NCBI GenBank assembly: GCA_037481655.1
Contig: JBBFLF010000005.1
Span: 9,981-73,980 of the forward strand
DNA: 64,000 nucleotides
Direction of reading: 5' to 3'
Source: Desulfobaccales bacterium
Lineage (GTDB): Bacteria; Desulfobacterota; Desulfobaccia; Desulfobaccales; 0-14-0-80-60-11
The notes below the pieces were generated by a model. That model made no database searches, had not been told where the DNA came from, and saw nothing but the letters and a program-made list of their open reading frames with translations. A program made the translations under genes and the position numbers. Numbering within the stretch: position 1 is the first letter of the stretch; each line of letters opens with the position of its first letter. This document shows, piece by piece, positions 21,174 through 33,175 of the stretch.

Positions 21174-22223
21174 TCAGCGGATGAGCATGCAGTCGCCGTA
21201 GCTGTAAAAGCGGTAGCGCTGCCGCACCGCCTCCTCGTAAGCCCGAAGGATCAGCTCCCGGCCGGCAAAGGCGCTCACCAGCAAAAGGAGGGTGGAGCGG
21301 GGCAGATGAAAATTGGTGAGCAGCCGGTCCACCGCCCGGAAGCGATACCCCGGGTAGATATAGAGGTCGCACCAGCCTGCCCCCGGGCGAAAGCCCGCCG
21401 CCGTCACGCAGCTCTCCAGCACCCGCACCGTGGTGGTGCCCACCGCCACCAGGGGCCGGCCCTCCCGCTTGGCGGCCGTGAGGCGCCGGGCGGCCTCGGG
21501 CGGGAGTTCATAATACTCCGGGGCCAGCCGGTGGGCGGTGTAGTCCCGGGTGCGCACCGGGGTGAAGGTCCCCGGGCCCACATGCAAGGTGACCGCCACG
21601 GTCTCCACCCCCTTGGCCTTAAGCGCCGCCAGCACCCGGGGAGTGAAGTGCAGCCCCGCGGTGGGACAGGCGATGGCCCCGGTCTTGTGGGCGAACATGG
21701 TCTGGTAGCTCTCCCGGTCCCCTGCGGTGGGCGGCCGCCGGATATAGGGCGGCAGCGGCACCTCCCCGGCGGCCAGGACCGCCTCCACCACCCCGCCCCT
21801 TTCACTCACCAGGCGCACCTCCGCCACTCCCGGCCGGGGAAGAGCCAGCACCTCCCCGGCCAGGCTTTCCCCCAACCTGAGCCGCACCCCGGGCCTGAGG
21901 CGCCCCCGATAGCCCGCCAAGGCCCGGCCCGCCGCCGGGTCCCCGCCATTGTCCGCTACCGGCAGGTGATGCAATAACAGTTCCACTTTGCCGCCGGTCT
22001 CCTTCACCCCTGTCAGGCGGGCGGGAAAGACCCGGGTGTCGTTCACCACCAGCACGTCCCCCGGCTCCAGGAAGTGGGGCAGTTCCCGGAAGATGGCGTG
22101 GCGGAGGGCGCCGGTCTCCCGATCCACCACCAAAAGCCTCGCCGCATCCCGGGGCTCGGCCGGGTAGGCGGCCACCAGCTCCGGGGGCAGATGATAGTCA
22201 AATTCCTCAATGGCGGGGCTCAT
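21174..22223 (-). CDS. queA: S-adenosylmethionine:tRNA ribosyltransferase-isomerase
   Basis: FDYHLP, LPPYI, PTAGLHF, LHVGPGTF, TNFHLPRSTL, YRFYSYGD. Confidence 0.97.
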   Translation of the reverse strand: MSPAIEEFDYHLPPELVAAYPAEPRDAARLLVVDRETGALRHAIFRELPHFLEPGDVLVVNDTRVFPARLTGVKETGGKVELLLHHLPVADNGGDPAAGRALAGYRGRLRPGVRLRLGESLAGEVLALPRPGVAEVRLVSERGGVVEAVLAAGEVPLPPYIRRPPTAGDRESYQTMFAHKTGAIACPTAGLHFTPRVLAALKAKGVETVAVTLHVGPGTFTPVRTRDYTAHRLAPEYYELPPEAARRLTAAKREGRPLVAVGTTTVRVLESCVTAAGFRPGAGWCDLYIYPGYRFRAVDRLLTNFHLPRSTLLLLVSAFAGRELILRAYEEAVRQRYRFYSYGDCMLIR

Positions 22224-22469
22224 CTCTGCTCATCCGCGACGGCGCACTTTTTGCCTCCTTGCCGCCGGAATAAGTTATAGTAATATTTGGCGCCCGGCGA
22301 AAGAGGGCCCTTGTCTTTTCCCGACCTTAATTCTATACTGATTTACTATGAGACCAGAAAAGCGCCAGGGACCCCGCACCCAGTCTCATGGCCCAGAGCC
22401 CGGGGATAGGAGGGCGCCCAACCTTTGCTCCCCCAGGCGACTCTGGTCTTCGTGTAAAGTGAGGAAAGC

Positions 22470-23156
22470 ATGCACCGGTTGAGATACGCCGTCGTGGCCG
22501 CGTTGCTTGTCGGGCTGGCCTCCGGGGCTCCGGGCCAGCAGGCCGCGCCCGACCCCGCGGTGGAGGACGTGGTGGCCAAGGTCCAGACCCAATACGACCG
22601 GGCCGGCGGCTTCAAGGCCTATTTCCGTCAGGAGTCCCGCCTGAAGGCCGGCACCCAAAGCGATACCGCCGAGGGCTGGGTCTATTTCAAGCGCCCCTTA
22701 CGGATGCGCTGGCAGTATGAAAAGCCGCCGGAGCAGAAAAAAGAGGTGATCTCCGACGGCACCCAGGTCTATATGTACATCCCCCAGGACGGGGTGGCCA
22801 TGGTCTATCCCCTCACCCGGGTCCTGCGAAGCGACCTGGTGCTGCGCTTCTTCTCCGGCATCGCCCAGGTGCGCCAGGACTTCCAGATGGCCTGGGCCAG
22901 GCCGCCCCGGCCCGGGCAGATGTATCTCATCCAGCTCACCCCCGTCAAACCCCAGGCGGAGCTCACCCGCCTCACCCTCACCGTCAACCCGGAGACCTAC
23001 CAGGTGGAGCGCCTGGAATTCACCAATGCCCTGGGGGAGGAGACCGCTTTTCTGTTCACCCGGGTGCAGCTGGATTATCAGGTCCCGGCCAATTTCTTCA
23101 CCTTCACCCCGCCTCCGGGGGTGCAGGTGGTCAGGGACCCGGCCGGCGCCGGCTGA
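22470..23156 (+). CDS. lolA: Outer-membrane lipoprotein carrier LolA family
   Basis: Signal peptide; AYFRQ, FKRPLRMRWQY, ISDG, FTFTPPPGVQVV. Confidence 0.85.
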   Translation: MHRLRYAVVAALLVGLASGAPGQQAAPDPAVEDVVAKVQTQYDRAGGFKAYFRQESRLKAGTQSDTAEGWVYFKRPLRMRWQYEKPPEQKKEVISDGTQVYMYIPQDGVAMVYPLTRVLRSDLVLRFFSGIAQVRQDFQMAWARPPRPGQMYLIQLTPVKPQAELTRLTLTVNPETYQVERLEFTNALGEETAFLFTRVQLDYQVPANFFTFTPPPGVQVVRDPAGAG

Positions 23157-23220
23157 GCCAGGCAGACCCAGACTTGGGGGCAGAAAGTTTCCAGGTGACC
23201 GGAAAGTCTAGACTTACACC

Positions 23221-24135
23221 ATGAGCATCTCCGCCCTGCAACAGGAAATCCGGGACTGGCTGGCCAGGCGCCAGGCCATTCTCTTGGCCCATAACTATCA
23301 GCCCCCTGAAATCCAGGACATCGCCGATTTTCTGGGCGACTCCCTGGGGCTGTCGCTGACCGCCTCCCAGACCCCGGCGAAAATCATCGTCTTTGCCGGG
23401 GTGCATTTCATGGCCGAGACCGCGGCCATCCTCTGCCCGGACAAAGCCGTGCTCCTGCCCCGGCTGGATGTGGGCTGCTACATGGCCGACACCATCAGCG
23501 CCGAGGCCCTGCGCCGGCGCAAGGCCGAGCTCCCGGGCGTGCCGGTGGTCACCTACGTCAACTCCTCCGCTGCGGTGAAGGCGGAAAGCGACATCTGCTG
23601 CACCTCGGCCAACGCCGTCAGGGTGGTCAACTCCCTGGCCGCCCCCCGGGTCCTCATGGTGCCGGACAAGAACCTGGCCCTCTACACCGCCCGCCATACC
23701 GACAAGGAAGTGCTCTACTGGGAGGGCTGCTGCAACATCCACGATGCGCTCACCGCCGCCCAGGTCCAGGCCTGCCAGGCGGCTCACCCTAAGGCCCTCT
23801 TTCTGGCGCATCCCGAATGCCGGCCGGAGGTCCTGGCCCTGGCCGACGTCATCCGCAGCACCAGCGGCATGCTGGAATACGTGCGCACCTCCCCCGCCAC
23901 CGAATTCATCATCGGCACCGAACAGGGCATCATCCATACCCTGAAGCGCCAGAATCCCGGGAAAATCTTTCACTCCCCCTCCCCGGGCCTCTTGTGTCCG
24001 GACATGAAGCGCATCACCCTGGAGGATATCCTCAACGCCCTGAAAGAAGAGCGGTATCGGATCACCCTGCCCGAAGAGGTGCGCCAGAAGGCGCTTATCG
24101 CGGTGCAGCGCATGCTGGCCGTGCCCCGGGATTGA
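23221..24135 (+). CDS. nadA: Quinolinate synthase
   Basis: ILLAHNYQ, GVHFMAETA, GCYMAD, YVNSSA, CCTSANA, AHPEC, CPDMK. Confidence 0.97.
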   Translation: MSISALQQEIRDWLARRQAILLAHNYQPPEIQDIADFLGDSLGLSLTASQTPAKIIVFAGVHFMAETAAILCPDKAVLLPRLDVGCYMADTISAEALRRRKAELPGVPVVTYVNSSAAVKAESDICCTSANAVRVVNSLAAPRVLMVPDKNLALYTARHTDKEVLYWEGCCNIHDALTAAQVQACQAAHPKALFLAHPECRPEVLALADVIRSTSGMLEYVRTSPATEFIIGTEQGIIHTLKRQNPGKIFHSPSPGLLCPDMKRITLEDILNALKEERYRITLPEEVRQKALIAVQRMLAVPRD

Positions 24136-24171
24136 GCCCCGGGGAACCTGGCGGCCCGTAGGCCTCTCAAT

Positions 24172-24186
24172 TGGCATGGTGTTTGC
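24172..24186 (+). promoter_or_regulatory. Sigma54 (-24/-12) promoter
   Basis: TGGCAT-GGTGT-TTGC matches TGGCAY-N5-TTGC, 44 bp before ATG 24231. Confidence 0.7.
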
Positions 24187-24230
24187 TTCCTGAATGAGAA
24201 AAATACTCAGTATGGGTGGGGAGCACAGCC

Positions 24231-24500
24231 ATGGCCCAGTCAGACCCTCTCAGGGACATCCGACATTCGCTGCACGAATTGGCCCAGCCCTTGGCGGCGG
24301 TCACCGGGTTGGTGGATCTCCTGCTCCTGGACCGGCAGCTGGACACCGAGATCTTTGAGGATATCCGCATGATCAGCGAAAAGCTGGACCAGGTCCTGGA
24401 GATCATCTCCCGCATCCGGGAAATCGTCCGGGCTCACACCCAGGCTCTGGAGGAGGAAGGTCTGGCCCAGACCGTGCACGCCCTCTCCGAACACCCTTAG
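24231..24500 (+). CDS. Stand-alone HisKA (DHp)-like small protein
   Basis: 89 aa; H-box LHELAQPLAAVTGLVDLL plus second helix; no HATPase domain; GGGGAG RBS. Confidence 0.7.
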   Translation: MAQSDPLRDIRHSLHELAQPLAAVTGLVDLLLLDRQLDTEIFEDIRMISEKLDQVLEIISRIREIVRAHTQALEEEGLAQTVHALSEHP

Positions 24501-24768
24501 GGGCACCGCCTGCTCAGGGACGGGGGGGAGGAATCCCAGGCCGGCTCAGACCTGAGTGTCTGGTCATCCCGGTCATCCGTACGGAAGGAAGGGTTGGTGG
24601 GCGCACCCTGCCCGCTGTCCCGAACCGCCATTCGCCCCATGGCCCTATCGAAGCGCCTGAACGCGGCGGGGCGTCGCCGCCCAAGATGATGGGGGTCTTA
24701 TAGGCCAACTCTGGAGAGGAAGCTCTGCTCCAAGCCCGGTTCCGGACAGCCTCCTTTGCCACCCTCCC

Positions 24769-24797
24769 TTGCTTCCGGCGGCAAAAGGCCGTATTAT
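24769..24797 (+). promoter_or_regulatory. Sigma70-type promoter upstream of the ligA leader
   Basis: TTGCTT-N17-TATTAT. Confidence 0.6.
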
Positions 24798-24816
24798 CTT
24801 TAACCTAGCGAACTAA

Positions 24817-27059
<2,243 letters not shown>

Positions 27060-27060
<1 letters not shown>

Positions 27061-27341
27061 TGGCGGACAAGGCCCGCGCCCATCTGTTGATCAGTGGCCG
27101 GGTGCAGGGTGTGTTTTACCGGGCCCACACCCGGGATGAGGCCCGCCGGCGGGGCCTCACCGGCTGGGTGCGGAACCTCCCCGACGGCCGGGTGGCGGCG
27201 GTGGTGGAGGGTGACCGCCGGCAGATCGAGAGCCTCATCGCCTGGTGCCGGCAGGGCCCCCCCTATGCTTACGTGGAGGAGGTCCAGGTGGACTGGCATC
27301 CGTATCAGGGGGAGTTCGACGACTTCCGTATCGCCTACTGA
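27060..27341 (+). CDS. acyP: Acylphosphatase
   Basis: ISGRVQGVFYR, GWVRNLPDGRV, GPP. Confidence 0.95.
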
Positions 27342-27627
27342 GTTAACGCCAAGGCCTGAAGGCATGGCGGATGGGGGGGAGGCGCATTCGGCATTTTTGG
27401 TTCGGCTCCGGTCCCGTGTCATCCCTGAAGCAAAAATATTTTGGATGATATAGGGAGTTTTCTCTACGCAAACTCCCCTCTCCTTACCCTAATGGAGTGG
27501 TGAACTGAGGCCGATGCCTTGATTTTCAATAATAAAACTTCGAGAAACAGGATGAGGCTTTCCGCCTCCTGGTCCCCTCATCCAAGAGCTTGTTGCCACC
27601 GATTCAATCTGACGTCACGAGGTAAAG

Positions 27628-28569
27628 ATGACCCGACTGGCCATGATGTTTCCCGGGCAGGGCTCCCAATATGTGGGCATGGGGAAAGAGTTTTACGACA
27701 CCCTGCCCCGGGCCCGGGAACTCTTTGATCTGGCAGAGGAAATCACCGGCCTTCCCTTGAAGCGTCTGTGCTTCGAGGGCCCCCTGGAGGAACTGACCCT
27801 GACGGTGAACCTGCAGCCGGCGGTGACCCTGGTGAACCTGTGCGCCTACGAGGCCCTGAAGGCCGCCGGGGTAAGCCCTCAGGCGGTCTGCGGCCATAGC
27901 CTGGGGGAATACAGCGCCCTCTATGCCGCCGGCGTGCTTTCGGACCGCGACACTCTGGCGGCGGTGCGGCAGCGGGGCCTTCTCATGCAGCGGGAGGCCG
28001 AGCGCCATCCCGGCACCATGGCTGCGGTCATCGGCCTTTCCGCCGACAGACTGGCGGAGCTCCTCAAGCCCCTCACCGAGAGCGGCCCTTTGGCCCTGGC
28101 CAACTTCAACACCCCGGAGCAGACGGTGATCTCCGGCAGCGCCGTGCTGGTGTCCCAGGCAGTAAGCCAGGTCAAGGCCGCCGGCGCCCGGGCTGTGCCC
28201 CTCAAGGTCTCCGGCGCCTGGCACTCTCCGCTCATGGCCGAGGCCGGGCCGGATTTCGCTGCCTTCCTGGAGACCCTGGAATTCCGGTCGCCCCGGATGC
28301 CGGTCTATCTCAATGCCACCGCCGCTCCGGAAAGCGATCCCAAACTCCTGAGGCAGGCCATGGCCCGGCAGCTCACCAGCCCGGTGCGCTGGACCGAGCT
28401 GATCTTACGGCAGCAGGCCGACGGCATCGACATCTGGGTGGAGGTGGGCCCCAAAAACGTGCTCCTGGGCCTGCTGAAGAAAATCCTGCCCCAGCTCCCG
28501 GCCGAACGCGGCCTGCAGGTGGACAATCCCGCCACCCTCCAGGCCCTTCTGGCCACTCTGGGCTCCTGA
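27628..28569 (+). CDS. fabD: Malonyl-CoA:ACP transacylase
   Basis: FPGQGSQ, GHSLGEY, VSGAWHS, QLTSPVRW, EVGP. Confidence 0.95.
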   Translation: MTRLAMMFPGQGSQYVGMGKEFYDTLPRARELFDLAEEITGLPLKRLCFEGPLEELTLTVNLQPAVTLVNLCAYEALKAAGVSPQAVCGHSLGEYSALYAAGVLSDRDTLAAVRQRGLLMQREAERHPGTMAAVIGLSADRLAELLKPLTESGPLALANFNTPEQTVISGSAVLVSQAVSQVKAAGARAVPLKVSGAWHSPLMAEAGPDFAAFLETLEFRSPRMPVYLNATAAPESDPKLLRQAMARQLTSPVRWTELILRQQADGIDIWVEVGPKNVLLGLLKKILPQLPAERGLQVDNPATLQALLATLGS

Positions 28570-28601
28570 CCCCGAGCCGCCCACTTTATCGAGGAAACCT
28601 T

Positions 28602-29063
28602 ATGCGGACAATATCCGGCAAGCTGGCAGGAAGCCTGGCCCTGCTCCTGATGTTGCCTTTCCTGGCTTTCGGCGCCACCCTCACCGGCGGTGATGTGGCC
28701 GCGGCGGTGGCCGCCATCAAGAGCGAGCGGCCCAGCCCGGCGCAGAAAAAGGTGGTGGACCTGGTGTTGGCCTCCATGCTTCAGGAACATTACAAAAAAC
28801 TGGGCCTCACCCCCTCCCAGGCCACCCCTCAGATCACCGAGCGCTTAAATCAGGTGAGCCGGCTCACCCTGATGACGGTGGCAGCCATGACGGACCATGA
28901 TCCTCCTACCGCCCGGCAGTTTTCCCTGGAGGATCTCATGGCCATCTCCGGCGTGGTGATGGGGAAGATCCGGGACCTGAAGATCGACTCCGTCAAGCTC
29001 AAGGACCGGGCCTACGTGGTGGATACCCTCATCCCGGCGGTCATCGAGGAGCTGGCCAAGTAA
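28602..29063 (+). CDS. Hypothetical exported helical protein
   Basis: GAGGA RBS, signal-peptide-like N-terminus, host-like codon usage. Confidence 0.65.
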   Translation: MRTISGKLAGSLALLLMLPFLAFGATLTGGDVAAAVAAIKSERPSPAQKKVVDLVLASMLQEHYKKLGLTPSQATPQITERLNQVSRLTLMTVAAMTDHDPPTARQFSLEDLMAISGVVMGKIRDLKIDSVKLKDRAYVVDTLIPAVIEELAK

Positions 29064-29299
29064 GATGTGACGGTTCCGGGTAGTAAAGTGGGGGCCATGG
29101 GTTGTGGACCCCTGCTTTTTTCCCCGCCCTTGCGCCATGCCATCGAAGCCTTAACCTCGATTTTTCCCAAACTCAAAGGCAGGGGGAGGTGAGCTTGTCG
29201 GGAGGCGAAGGCCACTCCCGGAGGCTTGCCCCTGCTCAGAAATCATTCTTTCCTCACCCTCACCCTGAAGAAGCGGTCGCTTCCCGAGGGACCCGGCCG

Positions 29300-31570
29300 C
29301 TATTTTTCATGCATTTCCGCCACTGCCTCCCAGCCCGGAGGTGGCGGCTGCCTGAGACAGGTCTCCACACAGGCAAGGAAACGCTGGAGATGGCGGTTTT
29401 CCGGATCCAAAGGGAGGACTGACCGGAAGGCCTCCCGGGCTTCGGCAAAACGGGCCGCCCGATACAGCCTGAGACCTTCGTCATACCCCTCAAGAAAGCG
29501 CCGCCGGTCGCCATCGGCCGGGCCCAGGCCCAGCACTTCATAGATCCGGAGGGGCCGGGTCTTGCCTTTCACCCGCACCCAGTCCACCTCCTGGAGAATG
29601 AGGGCCTCCTTTACCTGGGCCGCGGTGAATTCGCTCACCAGAATCGTGGTGCCGTAATATTTGTTCAGCCCCTCCAGGCGGGAAGCCAGATTGACGTGGT
29701 CCCCCACCGCGGTGTAATCGAAGAGCCGGTCCGAACCCAGATTGCCCACTGCCACCAGGCCGGTGTTGATGCCGATACCCACCGCCAGGCTGGGGCGCCC
29801 CTGGTCTTGCCAGATCCGGTCCAGGCGCTCCAGCTCCGCCACCATGGCCAGCGCGGCCCGGCAGGCCCGGTGGGCATGATCCTCCTGGGGCAAGGGGGCC
29901 CCGAACAGGGCCATGATGGCGTCCCCGATATATTTGTCCAGGGTGCCGCCGTGCTGCACGAGGAGCTCGCTCATAGGGGTGAGGAAATCGTGCAGCACCG
30001 CCGCCAGCTCCTCGGGCTCCAGGGATTCGGCCAGGGTGGTGAAACCCCGGATGTCGCAAAACAGGATGCTCAGCTCCCGGCGTTCGCCCCCCAGCCTGAG
30101 TTTTTCCGGATGACGGATGATCTCCTCCACCACCGCCGGGGCCACATAGGACTGGAAGGCCCGCTTCAACTGGCTGCGGGCCCTCTCGGTGGAGACAAAC
30201 CGCTGCACCGTCACGCCGGTGTACACCCCGCCGATCTGCACCAGGGGATAGAGCACCTCCAGTTGCCACCCCAGGAAGTGAAAAGCCAGGTAATTCGCCA
30301 CCAGGTAAGCCAGCGCCAGTCCGGCCGCCAGCAGAAACCCCGCCACCGCCCCCAGGCGCGGCAGGGCCCCTGCCAGCACCATCCCCAGCGCCAGGAGGAA
30401 TCCCACCAGGAACAGCCGCCCTCCCGGAGGAGGACACAAAAAGCGGCCGCTTAAGAGATTGTCGATGACGGTGGCCTGGATCTCGATGCCCGGGGTGATG
30501 GCAGAAAATGGTGTCACCCTCAGGTCGTAGATGCCCACCGCCGTGGCCCCCACAAGCACCAGCCGGTCTTTGAGCATCCCCGGCGGCACCGACCCGTTTA
30601 AGACGTCTGCTGCCGATACGGTGGGAAACGTGCCGGGAGGCCCCAGGTAATTGATGAGCAGGCGGCCGAAGCGGTCCACCGGCAGGATCTTCTGCCCCAG
30701 GCGGATCTCCTCCACGCCGCCGGCGGACAGGGAGAGGCACAGGCCTTCCCCCCCGAGAAAATGTTGGCAGGCAACCAAAGCCAAAGGGGCAAAGAAATCC
30801 GGGCCATAGGCAATGGCCAGCGGCAGCCAGCGCACCCCGCCGTCGGCGTCGGGAATCATATTGAAATAACCGGCTCCCGCCGCCTGTTCTGTGAGTTCCG
30901 GCAGGTTGCTCTCCACCCCCTGCGCCCCCAGGAGCGGCAGGCTGCCGGAGGCGCCGGCCAGGATACGCACGCCCTGATACCTGCCGCCCATAACGGGCGG
31001 CTCCTTGGGCCCTGGGGTTACTATGGGGCCCTGAATCCCCCCCACCCCGGTAAAGAAAAACCCGAGAATGGTGGGCGGCGGCGCCCCGATCTCCCGGGCC
31101 AGGCGGCGGTCCACATCGGCCCGCTCCTCCTCCCGGGCCAGAAGGCGGGCTAGGGACGGGTTGCTGAGTCCCGCCTGTTCCAGCTCCTGCCGCAAACGCC
31201 TCAGCGCCGTCAGCCCGGCGGTTTCCTCCCGCTCCGCAAAGATGATGTCCACCGCCACCACCCGGGGTCCGGCGGCCTTGAGGCGACTGAGCAGCCCGGC
31301 GATGACCTCCCGGGACCAGGGCCAGCGGCCCAGCTTTTTCAGGCTGGCATCGTCCACCGCCACCACCACCACCGGAGAGGCGGGGGAGAGCGGCCCCCGG
31401 AAGCGGAACTTCAGGTCGGCAAACTTGTACTCAAAGAATTCCGTGAGCGGAAACCGCACCAGAGCCAGAACCAGGACGGCCAGGGTGACGCCCAGGCTCA
31501 ACAGGAGAGGCCCCCGTTCCCGGGAAGGCCCGGCATTACCTGGCGGGGAGCGATAGTAGCCGGCCGGCAT
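29300..31570 (-). CDS. CHASE2-domain class III adenylate/guanylate cyclase
   Basis: LGRWPWSR and VDIIFAE (CHASE2); 3 TM; FCDIRGFT, DKYIGDAIMA, YTAVGDHVNLASRLEG; start uncertain. Confidence 0.92.
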   Translation of the reverse strand: MPAGYYRSPPGNAGPSRERGPLLLSLGVTLAVLVLALVRFPLTEFFEYKFADLKFRFRGPLSPASPVVVVAVDDASLKKLGRWPWSREVIAGLLSRLKAAGPRVVAVDIIFAEREETAGLTALRRLRQELEQAGLSNPSLARLLAREEERADVDRRLAREIGAPPPTILGFFFTGVGGIQGPIVTPGPKEPPVMGGRYQGVRILAGASGSLPLLGAQGVESNLPELTEQAAGAGYFNMIPDADGGVRWLPLAIAYGPDFFAPLALVACQHFLGGEGLCLSLSAGGVEEIRLGQKILPVDRFGRLLINYLGPPGTFPTVSAADVLNGSVPPGMLKDRLVLVGATAVGIYDLRVTPFSAITPGIEIQATVIDNLLSGRFLCPPPGGRLFLVGFLLALGMVLAGALPRLGAVAGFLLAAGLALAYLVANYLAFHFLGWQLEVLYPLVQIGGVYTGVTVQRFVSTERARSQLKRAFQSYVAPAVVEEIIRHPEKLRLGGERRELSILFCDIRGFTTLAESLEPEELAAVLHDFLTPMSELLVQHGGTLDKYIGDAIMALFGAPLPQEDHAHRACRAALAMVAELERLDRIWQDQGRPSLAVGIGINTGLVAVGNLGSDRLFDYTAVGDHVNLASRLEGLNKYYGTTILVSEFTAAQVKEALILQEVDWVRVKGKTRPLRIYEVLGLGPADGDRRRFLEGYDEGLRLYRAARFAEAREAFRSVLPLDPENRHLQRFLACVETCLRQPPPPGWEAVAEMHEK

Positions 31571-31765
31571 CAGACTCACCTGGAGAGGGACAGATGCAGA
31601 TTGTGCCCGGAGGACCGGTCTTCTCGTCACAACGCTTCATGGAAACAGGAAAAATCGGAGCCGCCCCCCTCGATTCCGGCGAACAGACTCAGAAAAGGCC
31701 AAAGATCCGTGACCCCGGGCGCTCGGTCCTTCGGCAATTGGAAGCCCCAGGCGGTCTCTCCCGCC

Positions 31766-32083
31766 TCAGGGGGCGTCTGCCGATGGCTTTCGCCTTTTGG
31801 ACTGCGCCCGCAGGAAAAAGCGGGGCCGGCGCAGGGATTGGCCCCGGCAGCGGGGACAGCGACTGGGGGTGGTCAATCGCTCCCGCTTGGCGAAGGTGAA
31901 GCCGCAGAGTTTGCAGACCGGCGGTTCCATGACAAACTCCAGACCCGTCCCCGGTGCCCGGGCCAGATGCTCCAGGTGCTCCAGGACCTCCTTTTCCGGC
32001 AGGCCCAGCCGCCGGGAGAGCTCCAGGGCGGAAAGGGGTTGCTCCTGCAGGAGCTCTCTGATAGCCTGTCGCAGGGTAAGCAC
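31766..32083 (-). CDS. HTH + zinc-ribbon predicted transcriptional regulator
   Basis: TLRQAIRELL..EKEVLEHLEHL; CKLCGF..PSRCPRC; AAGGAGA RBS before GTG. Confidence 0.8.
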   Translation of the reverse strand: MLTLRQAIRELLQEQPLSALELSRRLGLPEKEVLEHLEHLARAPGTGLEFVMEPPVCKLCGFTFAKRERLTTPSRCPRCRGQSLRRPRFFLRAQSKRRKPSADAP

Positions 32084-32193
32084 CCTGTCTCCTTAAGGTG
32101 TTCCGGTATCCACCGGGTAAGCACGGCAGGCAAAAAAAGCCCGGCGGCAGCCATGCGGTGGTGCCGGAGATGAACTTCATGCAGGATGGGCCC

Positions 32194-33162
32194 ATGCGCT
32201 ACCTGATCCTGGGAGCAGGCGCCCTGGGGACCGTCTTCGGGGCCTTTCTGCTCCGGGCCGGTCACCCGGTGGATTTCCTGGGACGGGGAAGCCACTTCCA
32301 GCGCCTCCTCGCCGCCGGCCCCCGCATTGACGGCATTTGGGGGGAATTCGCCTTAGGCCCTGTCACCACCCCCGGCCCACACCCTGAACCATATGACATT
32401 ATCCTCCTCTGCGTCAAATCCTTTGACACCCGGGACGCCTGCGAGCAGGCCCGCCACCTCCTTGCGCCCCAAGGACTCATCATCTCCCTACAAAACGGCT
32501 TGGGCAATCTGGAGGAGATCAGCCGGGTCTTCGGGGCGCGCCGCACCGTGGGGGGCCGGGTCATCTTCGGCGCCCGCATTCCTGAGCCGGGCCGGGCCAC
32601 GGTGACCGTCTATGCCGCGCCGGTGCTTCTGGGGGCCCTGTCTCCTGAGGCCGATCACGCCCTGCTTGAGCGGGTGGCCCGGGACCTTCATGAGGCTGGC
32701 ATCCCCACCCAGGTGGTGGCCGACATTATGCCCCCCTTATGGGATAAGGTGCTCTATAATTGCGCCCTCAATGCCCTGGCAGCCATCCTCGGAGTGCCTT
32801 ATGGGGATCTGGCGGCGGATGCGGACACCCGGGAGTTCATGCGCCATATCATCGCGGAAATCTACGCCGTGGCCCAGGCCTTGGGGATTGACCTGACCCT
32901 CCCCACCGCCGCCGGCTATTTCGAGCATTTCCTCACCCGGCTGGTGCCTCCCACCGCGGCCCACCGACCCTCCATGTGGCAGGACCTGCAGGCCGGCCGC
33001 CGCACCGAGATCGAGGCCTTAAACGGCGCCATCTGCCGTTATGGGGCGCAGGTGGGCCTCCCCACCCCGTACAATGAGGCTGTAACCCGCCTAATCCGCT
33101 TTCTGGAGCGGCAATCTGTCCGTCACCGAGGGGAAGACCCCCACCCGGTTTCCGCCGTTTGA
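32194..33162 (+). CDS. panE: 2-dehydropantoate 2-reductase family
   Basis: GAGALG, LCVKS, LQNGLG, WDKVLYN, SMWQDL..GRRTEIEALNG. Confidence 0.9.
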   Translation: MRYLILGAGALGTVFGAFLLRAGHPVDFLGRGSHFQRLLAAGPRIDGIWGEFALGPVTTPGPHPEPYDIILLCVKSFDTRDACEQARHLLAPQGLIISLQNGLGNLEEISRVFGARRTVGGRVIFGARIPEPGRATVTVYAAPVLLGALSPEADHALLERVARDLHEAGIPTQVVADIMPPLWDKVLYNCALNALAAILGVPYGDLAADADTREFMRHIIAEIYAVAQALGIDLTLPTAAGYFEHFLTRLVPPTAAHRPSMWQDLQAGRRTEIEALNGAICRYGAQVGLPTPYNEAVTRLIRFLERQSVRHRGEDPHPVSAV

Positions 33163-33175
33163 CCCCCTGCGAGTC

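Noticed and set aside
24560..24600. SRP RNA suggested by CGGAAGGAAG
   Set aside because: The flanking CAGG and AGCA of the helix 8 internal loop are absent
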